DNA from: Candidatus Bacteroides intestinavium
GTDB taxonomy: Bacteria; Bacteroidota; Bacteroidia; Bacteroidales; Bacteroidaceae
Length of the DNA stretch: 64,000 nt
NCBI GenBank assembly: GCA_019118325.1
Contig: DWZE01000089.1
Location: 1,197 to 65,196 of the forward strand
Reading direction: 5' to 3'
Positions 48,218 through 56,128 of the stretch are shown here, piece by piece; position 1 is the stretch's first letter; each line of letters begins with the position of its first letter. Under the pieces are notes generated by a model. That model saw only the letters and a list, made by a program, of their open reading frames with translations, searched no databases and was not told the origin of the DNA. Both the position numbers and the translations under genes were made by a program.

Positions 48218-48973
48218 ATGATAATGTTGAGGAAGATTTGTTTAATAGGCTTGGCTTTATGTTTCCCTCTCTTGCTTTCTGCTCAATTGACGTATGGAAC
48301 CACCGGTCTTCTCCATGCTCCTTCGGCAGAAATGCAGCGGGATAAGACAGTGTTGATCGGTGGTAACTTTTTAAACAAGGAGATTACTCCTCCTACGTGG
48401 TACTATCATACGTACAATTACTTTCTGAATGTGACCATATTCCCGTGGTTGGAGGTGGCATATACATGTACACTTTTCCAAGCGGAGGCTTTAGGGTTAA
48501 AACCTTATGGTTATAGCGGATTTACCAATCAAGATCGGTATTTTTCTTTCCGGTTGAGATTGTTGAAAGAAGGTCAGTTTTGGAAATACATGCCAGCGGT
48601 TGTAGTGGGAACTTCGGATCCTTATACAGAGTCTGGCGACGGACAGATTTCGTCCACAGATGGCAATGGTTATTTTTGTCGCTTTTATGTGGCTGCTACC
48701 AAGTTCATCCCTGTGGGGAAAAAGGAAGAGATAGGTGTTCACCTCTCTTGGCTTTTTAACCATCGAAACGATTATCCGTTGAACGGTCCGGCTGTAGGAC
48801 TGACTTGGAATCCTTCCTTTCATCCGCAGTTGAGGTTAATTGCAGAGTATGATGCCAAAGATTTTGCTTTGGGTGCCACCTATTTGCTTTTCAACCATTT
48901 GCATGCGCAGGTAGAATTGCAAAGAATGAAGTACTTTACCGGCGGTCTCACTTTTGTGCTACATCTGAAGTGA
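48218..48973 (+). CDS. YjbH domain protein (N-terminal barrel half)
   Basis: Signal peptide then YGTTGLLHAPSAEM (YjbH N-terminal GxxGLLxxPxA motif), DRYFSFRLRLLKE, IAEYD. Confidence 0.75.
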   Translation: MIMLRKICLIGLALCFPLLLSAQLTYGTTGLLHAPSAEMQRDKTVLIGGNFLNKEITPPTWYYHTYNYFLNVTIFPWLEVAYTCTLFQAEALGLKPYGYSGFTNQDRYFSFRLRLLKEGQFWKYMPAVVVGTSDPYTESGDGQISSTDGNGYFCRFYVAATKFIPVGKKEEIGVHLSWLFNHRNDYPLNGPAVGLTWNPSFHPQLRLIAEYDAKDFALGATYLLFNHLHAQVELQRMKYFTGGLTFVLHLK

Positions 48974-49027
48974 AAAATGGTCGGGGCAAATAAAATAAAG
49001 AGTTGAATATTTAAAAACAAAAAAACG

Positions 49028-50215
49028 ATGAAAAGTAAATTAGTTATATTTTCTTTACTGTTAGCAGGTACAGCAATGACTGTAAATGCTCAGACAAAAG
49101 AGAAATACGTCAGCGAGAAAGCCACAGACAATATCTTTGTGAGCGTGACTGGCGGCATTTCTATGGTGAATTCCGGTAAGAGCGAAGGCAAGTTTGGCAA
49201 GCCCGCTCCTCACATCACAGTTTCTCTGGGTAAGTGGTTTACTCCGGTTTGGGGAGTTCGTGCACAGGGCGGCTTGTGGAGAGCTAACTTTGATACGGAA
49301 CATTCTCTCGGTACATTTGATACCAATGGGTTGCCAGTAGGTCAATCTGCAGATTATGACAAGAATGTGGGTCAGATTCGTTTGGATGCTATGTACAACC
49401 TTTCCAATGCTATTTGGGGGTACAATCCTGACCGTATCTTCAATCTGTCTGTCTTTGCAGGTCCGGGCTTGACGATTGCCAAGACGGCTAACGGTATGGT
49501 TCAGTATGCCGAGGACGGTAAGTCCTGGGCACGAGTTCCCGCCGGTGATCAAAAGGGACGTGTATATGTGAACGGTTCCGTAGGTCTGCAGGGTAAATTC
49601 AACGTCAGCGACTATTGGGATATCGATATTGAAGCTCGTGGTGAGTTGGCTCCTTCTTACTTGGGTCACTTGTCTACGGCCAAGACCGTGGGTGGTATCT
49701 ATGTAGGTGCTGGTGCTACGTATACTTTCGGCGGCAAGAAGTTTGTTCCCTATGTGTCCAAGGTTGATGTCGATGCTTTGAATGACGAAATCAATAAGTA
49801 TAGAAGTGAATTGGAGCAAGCTCAGACGGATTTGGCTAATGCCAAGAACGCTGTTGCTACTGCACAACCCGAGATTAAGGAAGTTGTGAAGGAAGTTCAG
49901 ACTGCAGGTCCGCGTGCTATCTTCTTCAAGATTGGTAGCGCTCGTTTGGATGACTACGGCAAGGTTAATATTCAGTTGGCTGCCAAGGTGCTGAAGGCAA
50001 ATCCGGACAAGAAGTACAGAGTGGCCGGTTATGCTGATAAGGCTACGGGTAGTGCTCCTTTCAACCAAAAGTTGTCTGAAAAGCGTGCTCAGGTGGTTTA
50101 CGATGCCTTGATTGCTGAGGGCGTTAACAAAGACCAACTCGAACTCGTCGGCTTTGGTGGAACGGAGAACATGTTCGGCAAGAATTTCTTGAACCGTTGT
50201 GTAATTCTTGAGTAA
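49028..50215 (+). CDS. OmpA family protein (beta-barrel, coiled coil, peptidoglycan-binding domain)
   Basis: GKWFTPVWGVR barrel, IFFKIGSA, GYADKATG, NQKLSEKRA, NRCV. Confidence 0.93.
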   Translation: MKSKLVIFSLLLAGTAMTVNAQTKEKYVSEKATDNIFVSVTGGISMVNSGKSEGKFGKPAPHITVSLGKWFTPVWGVRAQGGLWRANFDTEHSLGTFDTNGLPVGQSADYDKNVGQIRLDAMYNLSNAIWGYNPDRIFNLSVFAGPGLTIAKTANGMVQYAEDGKSWARVPAGDQKGRVYVNGSVGLQGKFNVSDYWDIDIEARGELAPSYLGHLSTAKTVGGIYVGAGATYTFGGKKFVPYVSKVDVDALNDEINKYRSELEQAQTDLANAKNAVATAQPEIKEVVKEVQTAGPRAIFFKIGSARLDDYGKVNIQLAAKVLKANPDKKYRVAGYADKATGSAPFNQKLSEKRAQVVYDALIAEGVNKDQLELVGFGGTENMFGKNFLNRCVILE

Positions 50216-50248
50216 TCCTTCCGTAGTATTGGTATAATAATAGAAGAG

Positions 50249-50283
50249 AGCGGGGCATCCGGAATGGGATGCCCCGCTTTTTT
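50249..50283 (+). terminator. Rho-independent terminator closing the outer-membrane operon
   Basis: AGCGGGGCATCC/GGATGCCCCGCT stem followed by a T run. Confidence 0.88.
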
Positions 50284-50293
50284 ATGTTCTTGC

Positions 50294-50324
50294 TTTGCCA
50301 TGTCACATATATATTATACCTTTG
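50294..50324 (+). promoter_or_regulatory. Consensus promoter upstream of ruvX
   Basis: TTTG (50294-50297), 19 bp spacer, TACCTTTG (50317-50324). Confidence 0.7.
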
Positions 50325-50345
50325 TATGATTAAAAACATATTTTC

Positions 50346-50456
50346 ATGGGAACTACAGGATTAAAACCTGCTGTCAGACGGAAATTCATAGACATACCGG
50401 CGGACATTTTTCGTATGTGGTCCAAACGTATTGTTTTATGCTCATGCAGTAGATGA
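50346..50456 (+). pseudogene. Possible truncated ribbon-helix-helix antitoxin-like remnant (36 codons)
   Basis: MGTTGLKPAVRRKFIDIPADIFRMWS... resembles N-termini of small Bacteroides RHH proteins (recall only). Confidence 0.3.
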
Positions 50457-50535
50457 TGCGGTGAGGTTTGAATATTTGTTCTCGCGGGGAATGGCTTACA
50501 TAATAAAGTTTTATCAGATTTAGAAAAAGGGATAA

Positions 50536-50958
50536 ATGAGAATCATAGCCATAGATTATGGTCGTAAACGTTCCGGCGTTGCAGTGACGGATGTCCTGCA
50601 GTTGATAGCCAATGGACTGGCAACGGTGCCCACGCATCAGTTGTTGCAGTTCATCATGGATTATGCACAGAAGGAGCCGGTGGAGCGCATTTTGGTGGGA
50701 CTGCCCAAGCAGATGAATAATGAACCTTCGGAGAACATGAAGTATATCGAGCCTTTTGTCCGTTCGTTGCGTAAGAAATTGCCTGATATCCCCGTGGAGT
50801 ATGTAGACGAACGGTTCACTTCGGTCCTGGCGCATCAGGCGATGCGGGAGGGTGGACTGAAAAAGAAAGCCCGGCAGGACAAGGCACTGGTAGACGAAAT
50901 CAGCGCGACAATTATCCTACAGTCCTATTTGGAGAACAAAGGACGGTCTTTTGTATGA
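50536..50958 (+). CDS. ruvX: YqgF/RuvX family nuclease
   Basis: IAIDYGRKRSGVAVTD, VGLP, VDERFTS, VDEISATIILQSYL. Confidence 0.95.
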   Translation: MRIIAIDYGRKRSGVAVTDVLQLIANGLATVPTHQLLQFIMDYAQKEPVERILVGLPKQMNNEPSENMKYIEPFVRSLRKKLPDIPVEYVDERFTSVLAHQAMREGGLKKKARQDKALVDEISATIILQSYLENKGRSFV

Positions 50959-50973
50959 AATAAATAAGTATAA

Positions 50974-51114
50974 GGGCCTGTTTGAAAATCGCATGCTGTC
51001 ATGTGGAGCGGGAGTGAAGTCAAAACATCTTCCTGATACTTCTCATGCGCATAGCGGAATCTCTCGACTGCGCTCGGGATGACACAAGAGGTAATGTGAA
51101 TTTTAAACAGATAC
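50974..51114. mobile_element. Probable non-autonomous MITE with IS5-type ends and an internal REP-like palindrome
   Basis: Imperfect terminal IRs CTGTTTGAAAATCGCAT / ATGTGAATTTTAAACAG, flanked by TAA on both sides. Inner TGTCAT...ATGACA at 50997-51084. Confidence 0.55.
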
Positions 51115-51220
51115 TAAGCGAATGAGTTTATTTGTTTGTAAGTTCTTTAGTTTTTAAGTTGATATAAAAGCGCTTATGAACTTACAAACTGAAAAGCCAA
51201 GGAACTAAACACTTAAGAAT

Positions 51221-51778
51221 ATGATTTTACCAATTTATGTGTACGGTCAGCCCGTACTGCGAAAGGTTGCAGAGGATATTCCTGTGGATTATCCGAATTT
51301 GAAAGAACTGATAGCCAATATGTTTGAGACAATGGACAAGGCAGAAGGCGTGGGATTGGCTGCACCGCAAATCGGATTGCCTATCCGTGTGGTCGTAGTG
51401 GATCTGGATGTTTTGTCCGAGGATTTTCCTGAGTATAAAGGATTCCGCAAGGCTTATATCAATGCGCATATCCTGGAAGTAGGCGGTGATGAAGTGGCGA
51501 TGGAGGAAGGTTGTCTGAGCCTGCCCGGCATTCATGAGAGCGTGAAGCGTGGCAACAGAATACGGGTGAGATACCTGGACGAGAACCTGGAGGAGCATGA
51601 CGAAGTGGTGGAGGGATACCTGGCACGTGTGATGCAGCATGAGTTTGACCACTTGGAAGGGAAAATGTTCATTGACCATTTGTCCCCCTTGCGTCGTCAA
51701 ATGCTGAGAGGCAAGTTGAACGCCATGCTGCAAGGGAAGGCGCATTGTACCTACAAGGTGAAGACTTTGCGGAAGTAA
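51221..51778 (+). CDS. def: Peptide deformylase
   Basis: [21 protein letters not shown]. Confidence 0.97.
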   Translation: MILPIYVYGQPVLRKVAEDIPVDYPNLKELIANMFETMDKAEGVGLAAPQIGLPIRVVVVDLDVLSEDFPEYKGFRKAYINAHILEVGGDEVAMEEGCLSLPGIHESVKRGNRIRVRYLDENLEEHDEVVEGYLARVMQHEFDHLEGKMFIDHLSPLRRQMLRGKLNAMLQGKAHCTYKVKTLRK

Positions 51779-51973
51779 GGGCGTGTTTGTTGCAGTTTCG
51801 CAAGTTGCGAGATTTGCAGCACTTAAAGGAGCCGTGAATATCCGCATTCTATCCAATGATGTTTTCGCAAATGCAACTGTGCTTCAACCGCCATAGGAGC
51901 AAGGATAAATGGTCGGGGAAGCTTACTTCATTTGTTTTTTCATCTGTTTGGCAAATTGCGGGCATTCATGAAC

Positions 51974-52348
51974 GAAGTTAGAGAAGTTATCTATCGCCCG
52001 GTCCGATTTAGGAGTTAAAGTCGATGGGCGGCATATCGGTCATAGGGGTATTGGTTTTAACTTCTCTAACTTCTCGAAAGTGTAAAAGGCACAAAAAATA
52101 TAAAAAGTAGTCCGATTGCCCTGCCAACTGACCGAAAAGCATTACTTTTGTCCTGTTTACAAGCACTTAATAAGTAAGTCGCAAGAATTAAATGATATTA
52201 TCTTTTGAGGAGTTAAGGAGTTAAGAAGTTAAGTAGTTAAGTAGTTAAGCCAATACCTCTGTGTATACGGTTCTCATTGACTTACTATCGGCTTAACTCC
52301 TGACGGGAGCGTAGCGGAGTGATAACTCCTTAACTTCTTAACTCCTTA
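51974..52348. repeat. Cluster of GAGTTAAG-family palindromic elements
   Basis: Perfect 16 bp IR at 51974-51989 / 52058-52073. An 8 bp-periodic AGTTAAG tract at about 52208-52249 pairs with a CTTAACT tract at about 52292-52348. Confidence 0.8.
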
Positions 52349-52364
52349 ATATAAACATCTGCTT

Positions 52365-52410
52365 AAATAGAAATGCTGCAAATCTGAAATCTGCAGCATT
52401 TCTATTTTTT
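52365..52410. terminator. Bidirectional terminator
   Basis: AAATAGAAATGCTGCA/TGCAGCATTTCTATTT stem plus a T run, between convergent genes. Confidence 0.8.
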
Positions 52411-52489
52411 CCTCATAAAGTTATAACGTTGGTTTTAAAGGTGCCAAAGCATCGCTAGATGTGACGAAGGCGGTAACCGGCTACTCTTC

Positions 52490-54556
52490 TTATTCCTTCC
52501 CCTTCTCGATGCGTATGCGGGCATCTACGGCTATGACATTCTTCTCCGTGGCCAGCAGGGGATTGATATCCATCTCCTTTATCTCCGTCGCGAAACGAAG
52601 CAGGGTAGAGAGACGGACTATAATCTCGGCAAACTTATCCTCATTGACGCCCTTCTGTCCGCGCGTACCCTTAATAATCTTATAGGCACGCAGGGAACGG
52701 ATCATGGAGTAAGCCTCTTCGTAGCTCAGCGGGGCAAGACCGGACGACACGTCCTTCAGCACCTCCACGAAGATGCCGCCCAGCCCGCAGAGCACCACGT
52801 GACCAAATCTCTCCTCGTACTTGGCACCAATGAACAACTCCGTGCCCTTCAGCATGGGCTGCACCATGACGGCCGTCGCACCGGGGATCTGCATCATACG
52901 GTCAAACTCCAGGGCCAGATGTTGCTCGGTCTTGATGTTCAGCACCACGCCGCCCACGTCCGACTTGTGCACAGGGCCTACCACCTTGGCCACAACGGGA
53001 AAGCCCGTGCGACGCGCAAAAGCCAACACTTCGTCTTTCTTGACCGACACGAACTCCTCCACCACCGGAATGCCGGCCGAACGCAACAAGGCCTGCACCT
53101 GATAGGGCGGGATGTAACCGTCCTCCTGAATGGAGTCGATGATACGCCGGATGCGCGGTACGTCCACACCGAACAACTCAATCTCGTTATTGGCCGGCCG
53201 CGGGGCATTGAGCACCCGGCTCAAGGCTGTACCCAAGGTCACCTCGTCGGCAAAGTTCACGTGGCCTTTGGCCAGGAAGTCGGCCACTTCTGCTCCTGCC
53301 GTATTGACCGAAGGCAAGATGGGAAATATCGGCTTGCGGCAATGCTGCATCTTCTCGTGCAGGACGTCGTACATCTTGTACATGGTCACCAGCCCCGGCG
53401 TGCCAAAGATGGCCAGCACGGCATCGATGTTATCCAACTTCTCTTCGCAATAATCCAGACAAAGAGCCAGATGTTCGGGTGTACCCGTAGCCAGGATGTC
53501 GATGGGATTGCCCACAGCGGCCCCTGGATAAAGTTTCGCCTTCAGTTCGTCCACCAACGGGCCTTCCAGTTTGGGGACGTTCAACCCGCCTTTACTCAGG
53601 GCGTCGGTCAGCATCACACCGGGACCTCCGGCATGGGTGACGATAGCAAAGTTGCGCCCCTTTAGTTCAGGCAGGGTGAAGATGCAGCCCACGGTGGTCA
53701 GTTCCTCACGGGAAAAGCAACGCACGATGCCCGCCTTACGGAATAAGGCCTCCACTGCTGAATCGCTGCTGGCAATGGCTCCTGTGTGCGACGAGGCCGC
53801 CCGGCTGCCGCTCTCGCTGCTGCCGGCCTTGATGGCGGCGATGCGGCATCCCTTGCGGATGAGTGACGAGGCATGGAACAACAAGCGGTCTGGGTCACCG
53901 ATGCTCTCGATGTACAACAGTTTGATGCGCGAGTCTCGTTCCGGATCAAAGTGCTCGTCCAGGTACTGCAGCACATCTTCTACGCCGATTTGCGTGGCGT
54001 TTCCCACGGACCAGACGGAGTTGAACTGCAGCCCCTTGGTGACGGCGCTCTCCAGAATAAACACCGCCGTAGCCCCCGAACTGGAAATAAGATCCACACC
54101 CTGCGGATGCAGTTGCGGAATGGGTTGCGAGAATACGCTGTGGTGGGACGTGGTGAGCAAACCTATGCAATTGGGACCTATGAGGGCTGCCTCATGCTCG
54201 TTGACCGTGTGGAGGATACGTTCCTCCAGCAGAGCGCCCTCGTGCGTCTCTTCGCCAAAGCCGGCTGAGAGGATAATAAAGGCTTTGACACCTTTCCCGG
54301 CAAGCACGTCCACGGCGTCGGGACAGGCGGCAGCGGGAATGGCCAATACAGCCAGGTCGGCCGTCGGCACTTCCTGCACCGAGGGATAGGCATGCACGCC
54401 CTGCACCTCGGTTTCCTTGGGATTGACGGCATAGAGCATACCGGCATATTTACCATTCAAGAGGTTGCGCAGCAAGGCACCCCCGGGTTTGTGGACGTTG
54501 TTCGACGCGCCCACAACAATGATACTATCGGGATGGAGGAGTTGTTGGTTGATCAT
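52490..54556 (-). CDS. ADP-forming acetate/acyl-CoA ligase family (fused alpha-beta)
   Basis: VVGAS, SAGFGE, IGPNCIG, phospho-His motif SHTGA, ATP-grasp HKSDVGGV, EMDINPL. Confidence 0.92.
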   Translation of the reverse strand: MINQQLLHPDSIIVVGASNNVHKPGGALLRNLLNGKYAGMLYAVNPKETEVQGVHAYPSVQEVPTADLAVLAIPAAACPDAVDVLAGKGVKAFIILSAGFGEETHEGALLEERILHTVNEHEAALIGPNCIGLLTTSHHSVFSQPIPQLHPQGVDLISSSGATAVFILESAVTKGLQFNSVWSVGNATQIGVEDVLQYLDEHFDPERDSRIKLLYIESIGDPDRLLFHASSLIRKGCRIAAIKAGSSESGSRAASSHTGAIASSDSAVEALFRKAGIVRCFSREELTTVGCIFTLPELKGRNFAIVTHAGGPGVMLTDALSKGGLNVPKLEGPLVDELKAKLYPGAAVGNPIDILATGTPEHLALCLDYCEEKLDNIDAVLAIFGTPGLVTMYKMYDVLHEKMQHCRKPIFPILPSVNTAGAEVADFLAKGHVNFADEVTLGTALSRVLNAPRPANNEIELFGVDVPRIRRIIDSIQEDGYIPPYQVQALLRSAGIPVVEEFVSVKKDEVLAFARRTGFPVVAKVVGPVHKSDVGGVVLNIKTEQHLALEFDRMMQIPGATAVMVQPMLKGTELFIGAKYEERFGHVVLCGLGGIFVEVLKDVSSGLAPLSYEEAYSMIRSLRAYKIIKGTRGQKGVNEDKFAEIIVRLSTLLRFATEIKEMDINPLLATEKNVIAVDARIRIEKGKE

Positions 54557-54660
54557 AGCAGTTGCATAATTATTCGGGTGTAAAGATAAAAACTAAAAAA
54601 GAAAAGTCCCGCCCTCAACTGAGTTTTCGGAATCATCCGATATTCTCCCAACTGAGGACT

Positions 54661-55707
54661 TCAGTTCAAGCTGTTAATTTCCTGAACGGAAAGGCCGGTA
54701 ATTTCCGCAATCAAATCTACAGGGATTCCTTTGGCTTTCATGCTACGGGCATTCTGCCGATTGGCCTGTTCAATACCTTCTGCCAAGCCCTCCGTACGAC
54801 CTTTCGCCAAGCCTTCTGCATGACCTTCTGCCAAGCCTTCCGTACGACCTTTCGCCAAACCTTCTGCACGACCTTCCGCCAAACCTTCTGCACGACCTTC
54901 CGCCAAGCCCTCCGCACGACCTTTTGCCAAGCCTTCCGCATGACCTTCCGCACGACCTTCTGCCAGGCCTTCCGCACGACCTTCCGCACGTTCTGTGAAG
55001 ATGTTGTCACGCAATATCACAATATTGTCCAAATGACGATAATAAGCATTCAGTTCGTTCTTGGTCATACGATCCAACTTCAGACGCTCCTTCACGTCTT
55101 CCAAGCCGGGAGCTGATGCTCCTTCCGGTACGTCACCCGTATTGAGATAATAAATCCATTCTTCCAACGGGGTTTTGGCCACCTGATTGAAGTCGTTTAC
55201 CTTTAATATATAGTATTCGGGATAGAGCTGGCTGACTGCATCCACCTTGAAGGTTTGCTTCTGGAAAGGACTCAGTTCCAACAGTTCGCCGTTGTGGATG
55301 CCACGGAATTCCGTTTTCCCGTGGTAGACAATATCAGTACCGTGTCCCAACGAGAAATAGACGATGTTCACGCTGTAGACTTTGCGCACCTTATCGTAAC
55401 CCTCCCCCCGGTTGATGTACTCGGTCACAAGCTTGGATGCACCGAACAACATACGCTGGAAATAGGCGTACTCATTGTTGTTCTGCACTTCTATCAGGAT
55501 CAGTTCGCCTTTACTGTTTTCGGCCAAGATATCCACTCGGTTATACTTGTCGAATTCATCTGCCTGATTGCTTTCGCTTTCCAGCAGCTTACGGATAACG
55601 ATGCGTTCGCCCAGCAAGGTCGTAAGCAAGCCTTCCAGCACGCCAAAATTTACCTTGTTGCGAAGCAGACGTTTCATCGCCCAATCAAAACGGATGTAAT
55701 TGCCCAT
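54661..55707 (-). CDS. Rpn family recombination-promoting nuclease / PD-(D/E)XK putative transposase
   Basis: IRFDWAMKRLL, RVDILAEN...LIEVQN, EEWIYYL, xAEG repeats, IAEITGLS tail. TACTTTTG promoter box at 55738-55745 (minus). Confidence 0.92.
   Translation of the reverse strand: MGNYIRFDWAMKRLLRNKVNFGVLEGLLTTLLGERIVIRKLLESESNQADEFDKYNRVDILAENSKGELILIEVQNNNEYAYFQRMLFGASKLVTEYINRGEGYDKVRKVYSVNIVYFSLGHGTDIVYHGKTEFRGIHNGELLELSPFQKQTFKVDAVSQLYPEYYILKVNDFNQVAKTPLEEWIYYLNTGDVPEGASAPGLEDVKERLKLDRMTKNELNAYYRHLDNIVILRDNIFTERAEGRAEGLAEGRAEGHAEGLAKGRAEGLAEGRAEGLAEGRAEGLAKGRTEGLAEGHAEGLAKGRTEGLAEGIEQANRQNARSMKAKGIPVDLIAEITGLSVQEINSLN
54775..54990 (-). repeat. 18 x 12 bp coding tandem repeat ([RLH][AT][EK]G) inside rpn
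   Basis: Counted from the translation: RAEG RAEG LAEG ... LAEG. Confidence 0.9.
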
Positions 55708-55840
55708 AGTGTCCTCTTCCTTTTATGATTCTTCAGACAAAAGTAGCAGAATTTTGCCGAGTTTGCAAACGTTGACCCATTATTATTCCAACCAGGCAAG
55801 CAAAAAAAATGAATGTCAGCATTCTTCCCAATTCGGCTTA

Positions 55841-55930
55841 CGCAAGGATGCTATGCTTCAACCGACACAGAAGCAAGGATAAATGCTCAAGTATCCAATA
55901 ATACTCGGCCATAAGAGCTTGCTCATATAG
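55841..55930 (-). repeat. Dispersed palindromic element (GCAAGGATAAATG family), inverted copy of 24581-24670
   Basis: GCTATGCTTCAACCGACA..AAGCAAGGATAAATG..CAAGTATCCAATAATACT matches the reverse complement of copy 1. Confidence 0.85.
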
Positions 55931-56128
55931 GTTTCTCATTCTCTGTTTAGAAAACCTAAAGGATAGTCATACAAAAAAATCCCCCATCGCCTCACGGAGA
56001 CAGGGGAAATCTTGATCCAAATGCTGGAAAAGCAGCGTTTATGAATCTACATGAATACAGCTATTAACCGTAATATATATATAAATAAATCCATGCTTTC
56101 ACTTATAAAACTAATAAGCATTTATCCT

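Noticed and set aside
54562-55116. Repetitive plus-strand ORF (TTFRQAF...) and alternative-frame ORF 54738-55010
   Set aside because: By-products of the 12 bp coding repeat in rpn.
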